Assembly: GCA_964479005.1 (NCBI GenBank) | Contig: CAYZJA010000001.1 | Span: forward strand, 32,001 to 96,000 | Direction of reading: 5' to 3' | Length of the DNA stretch: 64,000 bases | Source of the DNA: an uncultured Candidatus Saccharibacteria bacterium | Lineage (GTDB): Bacteria; Patescibacteriota; Minisyncoccia; UBA6257 | In this document: piece after piece, positions 28,475 through 37,807 of the stretch | How the letters are laid out: every line of letters starts with the position of its first letter | How positions within the stretch are numbered: the stretch's first letter is position 1 | The notes under the pieces: model-generated | Databases searched by the model: none | Seen by the model: only the letters and a program-made list of their open reading frames with translations | Told to the model about the DNA's origin: nothing | Position numbers and translations under genes: made by a program

Positions 28475-31063
28475 ATGAAGAGAATGTGGCATAGTCTTTC
28501 TTGGCAGGAAGCATTGCAAATATTAGATTCAGACTTTAAACAAGGTTTGTCTAAGGAAGAAATAAAGATTCGCCAAAAAGAATTTGGAAAAAACAAGCTT
28601 CCTGAAGAAAAACCATTATCAAAATTAAAAATATATTTGGAGCAGTTTAATAGCCCCTTTGTTTATATTCTAATAGTTGCTGGAATTGTTACTTTATTTT
28701 TAAGAGAATTTGCTGATACTATTGTTATTTGGGCGGCAGTGTTTATGGATACAACCGTTGGGTTTATTCAGGAAAACAGAACTTCAAACGCTTTAAAAGA
28801 ATTAAAAAAGATTATTAAACAAGAATCTGAAGTTCTCAGGAATGGAAATTTAAAAATTATTAATTCTGAAGAATTGATTCCTGGCGATATTATCATTTTA
28901 AATCCTGGAGATAAAATTCCTGCAGACGCGAGAATAATTGAGTCCCAGGGCCTAAAAGTGAATGAGATGACTTTGACTGGAGAATGGTTGCCATCAGAAA
29001 AGATTTTCAGAACATTATTAGGTCAGACGCATTTGATGGACAGGGACAATATGGTTTATATGGGATGTATTATAGAAGCTGGAAAAGGCAAGGCTATTGT
29101 GGTAAATACCGGCATATATACAGAAATTGGAAAGATTGCCAAAATGGTAAAAGAGGCGCCAGAAAGAAAAACTCCTTATCAAAAGAAATTAGCAAGTTTT
29201 TCAACTATGATAGGAATAGGCATTACTTTTGTTTGTGCCTTTATTTTTTTTGAGGGATTAATAAAGGGAAAAGAATTTGTAGAAATGTTTACTACTTCTG
29301 TTGCTGTGGCTGTTTCTGCTATACCCGAAGGATTACCTGTGGCAATAACAGTAATTTTAGCTTTAGGAATGCAGAAAATTTTAAAAAAGAAAGGATTAAT
29401 AAGAAAATTGGCTTCAGCAGAAACCCTGGGAAATACCAGTATAATATGCACTGATAAAACAGGTACTTTGACTAAAGGAAAGATGAAAGTTAGTGAGATA
29501 ATTGGTGATAAATCTTTGGTTCTTAAATCAGCTGTTTTAACATCAGAAGCGTTTATTGAAAATCCAGATGATATTATGAAAAAATGGATTCTAAGAGGTA
29601 GGCCCACAGACAGGGCTTTATTAGAAGCTGGAATTGAAAATGGATTGATTAATATGAAGAAAAAGATGGAAGAAGATAAATTATCTGAGGTTCCTTTTAA
29701 CCCAATAAATAAATTTGCTGCTGCTTTTTATAAAGAATCAGGGGAAATGAATTTGTATATTTGCGGCGCTCCAGAAAGAATTTTTGAAAGAAGTAATTTA
29801 AATGATGAACAAAAAAGAAGATTAGAAGAAAAATTAAAAGGATTAACTAGTAAAGGATTGCGTGTACTTGCTACAGGCTGCAGGAAAGTTGAAAAAAGTG
29901 AGAATATAACTTATGAAATTAAAGGATTAGAAGTGCTTTGTTATGATTTTATTTTTACTGGTTTTATTGCTTTAAATGATCCAATTCGTAAAGAGGTAAA
30001 ACAAGCAATAAGAGTTTGCCAAAAAGCTGGTATGAGACCTATTATAGTTACTGGAGACCATAAATTAACAGCTAAGGCAGTGGCAGAAGAATTAGGTTTT
30101 GAAATAACAAAAGAAAATATTTTAGAAGGAATGGATTTGGATAAATTGTCTAATAAAGAATTTGAAGCAATTCTGGATAAAATACAGATTTATTCTAGAG
30201 TGGAACCTAAGCATAAGATGAGAATTATTGATGCTTGGCAGGATAGAGGTGAAGTTGTGGCAATGACCGGAGATGGAATAAACGACGCGCCAGCTTTGAA
30301 AAAAGCGGATATTGGGATAGCCTTAGGTTCTGGAACAGCTGTGGCAAAAGAAAGTTCAGATTTAATTTTATTAAATGATAGTTTTTCTATCATTGTTAAA
30401 GCCATAGAAGAAGGAAGGGTTATTATTGATAATATTAGGAAGGTTATTACATATTTACTTTCAGATAGTTTCACAGAAGTAATTTTAATAGGGACGAGTA
30501 TCTTTATTGGAGCTCCTTTACCAATAATCGCCGTACAGATATTATGGGTTAATTTAATTGAAGATGGTTTGCCTGATATTGCTTTGGCTTTTGAACCCAA
30601 AGAAGAGGGAATAATGGAACAAAAAGCCCAAGGCCATGAAGTTCATTTATTGACCAAAGAAATGAAATTCATAATTGTGATTATTGGAGTGATTACTGAT
30701 TTAATGCTTTTAGGATTATTCTTTTGGTTATGGAAACTAAATTTTGATATTACATATATCAGAACAATGATTTTTGCCTGCCTTTCAATTGATTCAATTT
30801 TTTATGTTTTTTGTTGTAAAAGCCTGCGTAAGAATTTATGGCAGATTAATATTTTTTCCAATAAACTTTTATTAGTAGCAGCAGTTTTAGGAATAATAAT
30901 GTTGGTAGCTGCTGTTTATGTTCCAATGCTTCAAAGTCTTTTGAAAACAGTACCTTTGGGAATTTATGATTGGTTGATTGTATTGACCTTGGGAATAATT
31001 GAGTTAATTGCTATTGAAGCGGCAAAGCATTATTTTATTGTCCGCCACCAAACCGAAGATTAA
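28475..31063 (+). CDS. P-type cation-transporting ATPase (type IIA/Ca2+-ATPase-like)
   Basis: Phosphorylation site ICTDKTGTLT, hinge GDGINDAPALKKADIGIA, TGES-region, about 10 TM helices. Confidence 0.9.
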   Translation: MKRMWHSLSWQEALQILDSDFKQGLSKEEIKIRQKEFGKNKLPEEKPLSKLKIYLEQFNSPFVYILIVAGIVTLFLREFADTIVIWAAVFMDTTVGFIQENRTSNALKELKKIIKQESEVLRNGNLKIINSEELIPGDIIILNPGDKIPADARIIESQGLKVNEMTLTGEWLPSEKIFRTLLGQTHLMDRDNMVYMGCIIEAGKGKAIVVNTGIYTEIGKIAKMVKEAPERKTPYQKKLASFSTMIGIGITFVCAFIFFEGLIKGKEFVEMFTTSVAVAVSAIPEGLPVAITVILALGMQKILKKKGLIRKLASAETLGNTSIICTDKTGTLTKGKMKVSEIIGDKSLVLKSAVLTSEAFIENPDDIMKKWILRGRPTDRALLEAGIENGLINMKKKMEEDKLSEVPFNPINKFAAAFYKESGEMNLYICGAPERIFERSNLNDEQKRRLEEKLKGLTSKGLRVLATGCRKVEKSENITYEIKGLEVLCYDFIFTGFIALNDPIRKEVKQAIRVCQKAGMRPIIVTGDHKLTAKAVAEELGFEITKENILEGMDLDKLSNKEFEAILDKIQIYSRVEPKHKMRIIDAWQDRGEVVAMTGDGINDAPALKKADIGIALGSGTAVAKESSDLILLNDSFSIIVKAIEEGRVIIDNIRKVITYLLSDSFTEVILIGTSIFIGAPLPIIAVQILWVNLIEDGLPDIALAFEPKEEGIMEQKAQGHEVHLLTKEMKFIIVIIGVITDLMLLGLFFWLWKLNFDITYIRTMIFACLSIDSIFYVFCCKSLRKNLWQINIFSNKLLLVAAVLGIIMLVAAVYVPMLQSLLKTVPLGIYDWLIVLTLGIIELIAIEAAKHYFIVRHQTED

Positions 31064-31120
31064 AAACCCCGAAGAGTTATTGACAACCAGTTATTAATAT
31101 ACGATTATATAAATGATAGA

Positions 31121-31561
31121 ATGTTCTTAACGCTCTTTGATAATATAGTTCCCAAAAGTCCTGACCTAAGAATGACAGTCAGGAGAAAGGAGGAAAATAA
31201 AATGGGAACGTCTCAGGTCGTTCTAACAAAGAAAATTTCTTTGTGGGAAGACCCGGAAATCAGAAGTGAGGGTTTAATAGGAACCAAGAATGAGGTTCTA
31301 AAAATTCTCAGCGAAATTCTTGATAAGAATCAACATCCATTGTTTGATTTAGTGCTGTATACAGACGGTCAAGGTAGCACTGGGCCTTTTGTGAATAAAA
31401 TTTTTATTCTTGGAAGACGAGAAGTTATTTCCTGTAATCTACAAGAGATTGCAGAGAGAATAGCTTCTAAAAAGAGATTGAAGAAGAATGAAGTCTGGAT
31501 TAGGGGAATCTGGATCGGGTTTGATCCTTTAGGAAAACCAAGGATTGAGGAATTGACTTAA
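31121..31561 (+). CDS. Hypothetical protein
   Basis: ORF with no recognisable motif; the start may be the internal Met MGTSQ. Confidence 0.4.
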   Translation: MFLTLFDNIVPKSPDLRMTVRRKEENKMGTSQVVLTKKISLWEDPEIRSEGLIGTKNEVLKILSEILDKNQHPLFDLVLYTDGQGSTGPFVNKIFILGRREVISCNLQEIAERIASKKRLKKNEVWIRGIWIGFDPLGKPRIEELT

Positions 31562-31613
31562 TTTTTTCTAGTCTTTGTTATAAAAGAAAGAAACGCGTAC
31601 TTATAAAAAATAG

Positions 31614-31654
31614 AAGGAGTAAAGTATTATGATTTTCATAATACTTTCTCCTTC
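31614..31654. repeat. Near-perfect 19-bp inverted repeat (hairpin)
   Basis: GAAGGAGTAAAGTATTATGA-ttt-TCATAATACTTTCTCCTTC. Confidence 0.6.
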
Positions 31655-31810
31655 CCAAACATTTCAAAATTTTAAGCCTAATTATAGGGCTTTTTTTATT
31701 ATTTACGTTTAATTCAAAGGGTTAACATAGCATAGAAAAGGGAGTAAAATATGTTATATAGCTGAAAACTCAAAATTTAAAGGGTTGGAAGTTAATTAAA
31801 AGATAAATTT

Positions 31811-32311
31811 ATGGAGAAACAAGAAAATAATTTTGCCTTTATTGATAGTCAAAATCTTAACTTAGGAATTCAAAGTTTAGGCTGGAAATTGGATCATCGA
31901 AGATTTAGAATTTATTTAAAGGAAAAGTATAGAGTCTCAACGGCATATCTTTTTATTGGTTATATTCCGGCTAATCAGGATTTATATTCTGCATTACAAA
32001 GAGATGGTTATGTTTTAATTTTTAAACCAACATTACCTGATAAAAGCGGAGAAGTTAAAGGTAATGTAGATGCGGATTTAGTCTTACAAGCAATGGTTGA
32101 TTATAAGAAATATGATAAAGCCGTAATTGTTACAAGCGACGGAGATTTTTATTCTTTAATTAAACATTTATACAAAAATAAAAAGCTTATATGTGTAATA
32201 AGCCCATATGTCAAAACTTGTTCTGTTTTATTAAAAAAGACGGCAAAAGAGAAGATATTCTTTATGGCTAATTTAAGAAAAAAACTTGAATATAAAGAAA
32301 AACACCGCTAA
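31811..32311 (+). CDS. NYN-domain (LabA-like) predicted ribonuclease
   Basis: AFIDSQNL ... GNVDADLVLQAM ... VIVTSDGDF: the acidic residues of the NYN/PIN-like fold. Confidence 0.75.
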   Translation: MEKQENNFAFIDSQNLNLGIQSLGWKLDHRRFRIYLKEKYRVSTAYLFIGYIPANQDLYSALQRDGYVLIFKPTLPDKSGEVKGNVDADLVLQAMVDYKKYDKAVIVTSDGDFYSLIKHLYKNKKLICVISPYVKTCSVLLKKTAKEKIFFMANLRKKLEYKEKHR

Positions 32312-32439
32312 GGGACAAAACCCATAGAGGTGTTTTTCATGTGTATTCTGATTAAATTATAGCGAAAATACGCCCATTGTCAAGTACTACTTATTCACAA
32401 GAGATTATTTAAAAATTAATAATTTATTAATGCAATAAA

Positions 32440-33456
32440 ATGAGTTTAAAAATAACTAAAATATTGTCTAAAAACTGGCTTTCTAATAAACAATGGGGGG
32501 AGATTTTGCGTCAGAAAGATAAAACAAATTTTAAGGTAAAAATTGGTCATATTGATCCAAGGCGTCTTGCTGATCCTAATTTTATCAATCGCAGGGTTTT
32601 TTCAGAAAGTAAAACCAAAGAAACGATTATAATTGGTTCAGAGCATCCACACGGTCCAAAGATATGGGAAAGAGCTCAGCAGGAAGCTTCAAAAATGGTG
32701 GAAGAGTGCGCTCAAGCATTTGGGCAAGCAGATCTTATTCAGAAAGCGCAGGAATTGAAAGAGCAAAGTGGCGAGGCAATAAAAACCTTGAAACAAGATG
32801 ATTTACTTGCTCCTGTATCAGAAAAATTTGATTATCATAGTTTTATTATCATTACAGAGTGTACTGATGAGAAAACAGCTAAACAAACCTTGGAAAACCG
32901 TTATTTAGTGCCAACCCATGGTTTTTTAGATGCTCCTGTTCCAGGAATGAATATACCGGGAATGAGTGATAAAACTACTCTAAGAGAACTCTTAAAGACT
33001 GATATGATGAAGGATTATATAACCAAAGAACAGATTAAGGAGATGGAGAAAGCAATGGAGGAGGTAAAGGGTAAATTTCCCAAAGATGTTAAGATTCGCA
33101 AGGGGAAATATCAAGGATTTGATGTTGTATTTCTTGAAGGCAAGAATAAGAGTTCTGTTGTTTCTTACATTAAAGAAAGTAAAGACAGGAATAAGGTTTT
33201 TGATATGGTAAGAGCAGGACGTTTTATTGTGTCAGGCACTTTATTGCGAATAATTAATAGTTTTCCATTAGGAAGTACTCCTTGTGATTCTTTAACAAAA
33301 TTCAAAACAAAAACCACAACTTACGAAATAGGAGGAGAGACTTTCACTACTAAAGAGATTTATCCCATCAAAAGCACCCTTTCTAAGGAGGGTTATCTTT
33401 ATAAAGAAGAAGTTGATAAAATATTCAAATCTATTTTCTCGGCAATTAAAGGATAG
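32440..33456 (+). CDS. Hypothetical protein
   Basis: Long ORF, no recognisable motif. Confidence 0.5.
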   Translation: MSLKITKILSKNWLSNKQWGEILRQKDKTNFKVKIGHIDPRRLADPNFINRRVFSESKTKETIIIGSEHPHGPKIWERAQQEASKMVEECAQAFGQADLIQKAQELKEQSGEAIKTLKQDDLLAPVSEKFDYHSFIIITECTDEKTAKQTLENRYLVPTHGFLDAPVPGMNIPGMSDKTTLRELLKTDMMKDYITKEQIKEMEKAMEEVKGKFPKDVKIRKGKYQGFDVVFLEGKNKSSVVSYIKESKDRNKVFDMVRAGRFIVSGTLLRIINSFPLGSTPCDSLTKFKTKTTTYEIGGETFTTKEIYPIKSTLSKEGYLYKEEVDKIFKSIFSAIKG

Positions 33457-33656
33457 ATTATTTTTTTTAAAGATAGTGAAAAATGCTATAATAAAATAAG
33501 GAGGAAAATTCAGTTCCTCCTTTACCTATAGATATTATTCGTAAATGGCGATGGAGAGAAAAACAAAAAGTTATACTTAAAATAAACGAAAAAAAGAAAA
33601 CAATTACTATCAGCGATTGGAAACCAAAGAGTTAATCTATTCTGTCATCCTGAAGT

Positions 33657-33724
33657 GAGGCGAGGAGATATTGTTTTAAAAACACGCTAATCGCTATAGT
33701 TTTTTTCAACAACATCTCCTCACC
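33657..33724. repeat. Hairpin element, copy 2 (same conserved loop as 2565-2630)
   Basis: GAGGAGATATTGTT ... AACAACATCTCCTC (13/14 bp) flanks a loop TTAAAAACACGCTAATCGCTATAGTTTTTTTC that differs by 1 nt from copy 1. Confidence 0.6.
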
Positions 33725-33860
33725 TTTAAACCTTTAAACCTTAACAATATAACAATTTAAAACCATGCCCCACCGTATTTAGGTGGTTTTTATTTATGGA
33801 TTTAAAATAAATATATGAAAAATCTTGATTAGCAATAAGAATAATTAATAAGCTAAATCA

Positions 33861-34976
33861 ATGGATAAAATAAGAAAAATTTTTATTGTTGTAGCAGGCG
33901 GTAATCCAGAGGCTCAAAAACACTTTGAAGATACAATTAAACGGAAAAGAACACTTAGGGAAGTTCGACAGTCTTTGCCTGCGTCAGAAATAGAAAATCT
34001 GAAGAATATTTATCATGATGCTGCATTTATTGTTTGGGGTTCTGTTCCAGGAAAAATGAATGAACCTCGATGGGAGAAAATGGATGTTGGTGATATTGTT
34101 TTAATTTACAATAAAGGATTTATAAAATTTATTGGTGAAGTTGCTGCGAAGGTACGCAATAAAGAATTAGCGCGTTATTTTTGGAAAGAAACAGAAGAGC
34201 GCAAAACTTGGGAATTAATGTATTTTATAGTTAACGATGAAAAAATTAATGTCCCTATAGAAGAGATTAATAAACTTTTCGGATTTAAGGAAAGATATAT
34301 ACCACGAGGATTTAATATGGTAAATGAAAAAGCCGTTATAGATTCTATGAAGAAGTACGGCGATATTCGAGGAGTATTAAAAACTTTAGAAAGAGGTCAA
34401 CGACTTATTCAAATTCCTGAGAAGCAAAATATTATCTACGAAGCTGAAGAAAAAATTAAACATGTTACTACAGAACATGATGAAATGCAGTGGCGTTTAA
34501 TTCATTTAGGAGGACTAGCAAAATGCGATATTTGGGTTCCTAAGAACGATCAAACGCATCAATATGAGGGACGTCGATTTAAGGATTTTGTTTTACCTGA
34601 ATTTCACCAGACATTAGATGTACCGCTTACAATAAAAAATATTGATGTAGTGTGGAAATTTGGACCTTATTCGATAAAATCAGCCTTTGAGATCGAACAT
34701 TCTACTCAAGTTTATTCCGGAATATTGCGTCTTTCAGATCTACGTGCAGCAAATCCAAATTCAAATTACCCGCTTTTTATAGTAGCTCCTGAGGAACGTA
34801 AAAGAAAGGTTTTTGATGAACTAAGGCGCCCAACTTTTTCGAGCCCATGTTTAAGATTAAATGAAGTAATTAAATTTTTAGGATATAAAACAATTAGAGA
34901 AATTGATAAATCTATAGAAGGTCAAAATGAATTTGATAGCAATGTTTTATTTTCTGCAGGAGAAAAAATAGTATAA
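33861..34976 (+). CDS. Hypothetical protein; possible PUA-like N-domain fused to a restriction-endonuclease-like C-domain
   Basis: N-terminal pattern AAFIVWG...VGDIVLIYNKG...IGEV (PUA/EVE-like); C-terminal D...EIEHS block. Read by eye only. Confidence 0.4.
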   Translation: MDKIRKIFIVVAGGNPEAQKHFEDTIKRKRTLREVRQSLPASEIENLKNIYHDAAFIVWGSVPGKMNEPRWEKMDVGDIVLIYNKGFIKFIGEVAAKVRNKELARYFWKETEERKTWELMYFIVNDEKINVPIEEINKLFGFKERYIPRGFNMVNEKAVIDSMKKYGDIRGVLKTLERGQRLIQIPEKQNIIYEAEEKIKHVTTEHDEMQWRLIHLGGLAKCDIWVPKNDQTHQYEGRRFKDFVLPEFHQTLDVPLTIKNIDVVWKFGPYSIKSAFEIEHSTQVYSGILRLSDLRAANPNSNYPLFIVAPEERKRKVFDELRRPTFSSPCLRLNEVIKFLGYKTIREIDKSIEGQNEFDSNVLFSAGEKIV

Positions 34977-35003
34977 TTTATAATGCTATTAAAGAAATTC
35001 AAC

Positions 35004-35030
35004 CAAAAGGTTAAAAATTAATTAAAAAAT
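35004..35030 (+). promoter_or_regulatory. Island 5' cassette motif (variant copy) directly before the ATG
   Basis: CAAAAGGTTAAAAATTAATTAAAAAAT-ATG. Confidence 0.5.
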
Positions 35031-35906
35031 ATGAAAAGAATATTTTATATTATAGGTGGGATAATTGTTTTAATTATCATTATTATCACAAGTAGTGGAG
35101 GTAAAAGGAGTGGAATAAAATCAGAAGAACTCACCGCTGGAGTCATTGTTGGGGATAAATTATTGGTTGAAGAAGAAAAAACTTATTTAGTGACAAAAGT
35201 AATAGATGGAGATACTATTACTATAGAAGGTGGTGAGGTAATTCGTTATATTGGGATTGATACTCCTGAAACTGTTCATCCTTCAAAACCAGTGGAATGT
35301 TTTGGAAAAGAAGCTTCTAGTAAAAATAAAGAGTTAGTTGATGGGAAGAGGGTAAAATTAGGAAAAGATGTTTCGGAAACAGATAGATATGGACGTCTTC
35401 TTCGTTATGTTTGGGTTGGCGATATTTTTGTAAATGATTATCTTGTAAGGCAAGGTTATGCTTATGCTTATACATATCCTCCTGATGTAAAATATTCTGA
35501 ACAATTTGTTCAAGCCCAACAAGAGGCAAGAGAAAATAATAGGGGGCTATGGGAAGGTTGTCCAGTTACATCTACAGAATATCCTACTACAACCATAATA
35601 ACTCAAGTTGTACCACCAACTACGACAACTACAATAGTAGCCCCCACTACTACAACAACCACAATAGTAGCTCCTACCACTACAACAATCACAACATTGC
35701 CACCTACGACTACTACTGTACCTCCCACTACTACCATTACTTATTTTACCGAGGAAATAATTTGTTCTTATAATGCTTATAATTGTTCTAATTTTTCTAC
35801 TCATGCCGAAGCTCAAGAAGCCTATGAATTCTGCGGTGGAGTTAGTAATGATATCCATCGACTTGATAGAGATAAAGATGGACTAGCATGCGAAAGTTTA
35901 CCTTAG
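35031..35906 (+). CDS. Secreted/membrane-anchored thermonuclease (SNase-like) with a Thr/Pro-rich linker and a C-terminal Excalibur Ca-binding domain
   Basis: N-terminal TM helix; SNase motifs GDTITIEG...IGIDTPE...RYGRLLRYVW; TTTT(I/V)(A)P repeats; DRDKDGLACE Excalibur motif. Confidence 0.85.
   Translation: MKRIFYIIGGIIVLIIIIITSSGGKRSGIKSEELTAGVIVGDKLLVEEEKTYLVTKVIDGDTITIEGGEVIRYIGIDTPETVHPSKPVECFGKEASSKNKELVDGKRVKLGKDVSETDRYGRLLRYVWVGDIFVNDYLVRQGYAYAYTYPPDVKYSEQFVQAQQEARENNRGLWEGCPVTSTEYPTTTIITQVVPPTTTTTIVAPTTTTTTIVAPTTTTITTLPPTTTTVPPTTTITYFTEEIICSYNAYNCSNFSTHAEAQEAYEFCGGVSNDIHRLDRDKDGLACESLP
35590..35740 (+). repeat. Tandem ~30-nt coding repeats (ACTACTACAACAACCACAATAGTAGC...) encoding the Thr/Pro-rich linker
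   Basis: At least two near-identical units plus degenerate copies, visible by eye. Confidence 0.6.
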
Positions 35907-35937
35907 AAGAATTTATGACTTATTCAAATTTAATTTT

Positions 35938-35971
35938 GTAAAACGTCAAAAATTAATTAAAAAATAAAATT
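35938..35971 (+). promoter_or_regulatory. Island 5' cassette motif copy
   Basis: GTAAAACGTCAAAAATTAATTAAAAAATAAAATT-ATG. Confidence 0.55.
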
Positions 35972-37807
35972 ATGGTGAAGGAAAAAGGGAAAAAGAAAGA
36001 ATATCCTAGTGAAACAGCTGTTCAGCTGATTCCTCATTTAAGCGAAGGCACATATACCACTTTTGCAAAAGCAGCAAAGGAATTGGTTATTAATGCATTC
36101 GATGCTAACGCATCGGAGATTCGTATAGATTTTGATAAAGATTTTTCAAGCCTTATATTACTTGATGACGGAGATGGGATGTCATCGAAGAAGTTCAAAA
36201 CAGAATTTCTCCGTATAGCGGGGTCAAAAAGACGGCTAGAATCTCAAAAGAGAAAATACAATAGACCGATGGTGGGAAGATTTGGAATAGGCTTTCTTTC
36301 TGTAGCGAGATTGTGTAAAACCGTTAAAGTTTATTCAAAAGAAAAAGGGAATAATTTTGGCATTGCTAGAGAAATACCCTTGGAGCATCTTTTTGATAAA
36401 GGTAATCAATTAAAGAATTTAAAGGAACAATATTATTTTTATTCTTTACCCGACTTTAGAGATGATAAAAAGAAAAGCTATACGAAAATAATCCTCAGCG
36501 GGCTCCGTCAGGATATTCAGGAAGACCTAAAGTCCGCAAAGAAATTCAAGAAAGTTTGGGGTAGGGTGGATGATCTTTGCGGAATTGAGAAATTTAAGTG
36601 GGAATTAGGCATACTCTCACCTGTGAAATATTTTAATAATTTTCCAGTGCACAGACTATCTAATAGTCAAATTGAACGAGCTAAACAAGAATTAGATAAA
36701 TTTAGTTTTAGAGTTTTTGTTAATAAAAATGAAATATTGAAACCAATTTGTTTAGGATACCATTATTTTACTAACGCTAAATGGGAATATCTTACTAAGG
36801 CTGTACCGAGAAATCATTGTGGTATTATCCCAATCATGTCTCCTCCGGGAGAAAAATTTAAATTTTATGGTTATATTTATAATCAAACTAAACAAATTCA
36901 GCCCTCTTCGCTTAGAGGTATTCTTTTGTGCATTAATCACATTGGCATAAAAGGCTACAGTAAGTCATTATTTGAATTTCCTAAAAACATAGGACCTATT
37001 CTTTCAGCAATTAGTGGAGAGATTTTTCTTGACCCTGCTTTCGAAGAAATACTGACTATTGATAAAGATGATTTTAAGGAAGACCATCCATTATTTAAGA
37101 ATTTAGCAGGTTATATTCATAATGCCATAGATGAAGTTGCTGCTAACTCTCGAAAAAGATCCAGTAGGATTAAAGCAAAAAAGAAGGAAGTTGCAAGAAT
37201 AAAAGACTTAGATCTTTCTTCGGAGGAAGTAAAACAAGCACAGAAGATTTTAGGCAAAAAAGAATTCAAACAAGAATATTTCCCGAATCCCGATATTTCA
37301 ATAAGAACAAATATCAAAAATTTAAAGACTCGAGTAAGAAATTTGGTCGGGAAGACCATAGACCAAGACGAGGCAAGCTATTTAATAGAATCTCTCGAAT
37401 GTTTTGAGGCGGATTGTTTCAGGGGGTCTATATTAATGGCATGGAATACAGGGATGTTTCGTATTCACCGAAAGATAGCAAAAAATATAGGGTTTGCTAA
37501 ATTTCAGAGCGAAATTATAAAGATGAGAACTTCATTACAAACACCACAAGCTCAAAAAAGCAGGCTGAAAAATTGTAATTGCTTAGATGATTTGAAGTAC
37601 TATAATGAAGAAATGATTTGTAGACTTTTGAAAAAAATTCAGTTAATGGACAGCATCACGGCGAAATTATTTTATGAAGTACTAATCAAGATAAGGCATT
37701 ATTGCGCACATCCTACTGGGCACAGAGCAACTGATGGAGAGGCTATTTTTATGATTCAGTCTGTCTTAGATAGAATTTTGAATAGTAATAGGTTTATTAT
37801 TAAATGA
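35972..37807 (+). CDS. GHKL (Hsp90/MORC-like) ATPase with a C-terminal HEPN-like domain
   Basis: Bergerat-fold motifs ELVINAFDA (N box), LLDDGDGM (G1), GRFGIGF (G2). C-terminal Rx4H motif IKIRHYCAHPTGH. Confidence 0.7.
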   Translation: MVKEKGKKKEYPSETAVQLIPHLSEGTYTTFAKAAKELVINAFDANASEIRIDFDKDFSSLILLDDGDGMSSKKFKTEFLRIAGSKRRLESQKRKYNRPMVGRFGIGFLSVARLCKTVKVYSKEKGNNFGIAREIPLEHLFDKGNQLKNLKEQYYFYSLPDFRDDKKKSYTKIILSGLRQDIQEDLKSAKKFKKVWGRVDDLCGIEKFKWELGILSPVKYFNNFPVHRLSNSQIERAKQELDKFSFRVFVNKNEILKPICLGYHYFTNAKWEYLTKAVPRNHCGIIPIMSPPGEKFKFYGYIYNQTKQIQPSSLRGILLCINHIGIKGYSKSLFEFPKNIGPILSAISGEIFLDPAFEEILTIDKDDFKEDHPLFKNLAGYIHNAIDEVAANSRKRSSRIKAKKKEVARIKDLDLSSEEVKQAQKILGKKEFKQEYFPNPDISIRTNIKNLKTRVRNLVGKTIDQDEASYLIESLECFEADCFRGSILMAWNTGMFRIHRKIAKNIGFAKFQSEIIKMRTSLQTPQAQKSRLKNCNCLDDLKYYNEEMICRLLKKIQLMDSITAKLFYEVLIKIRHYCAHPTGHRATDGEAIFMIQSVLDRILNSNRFIIK

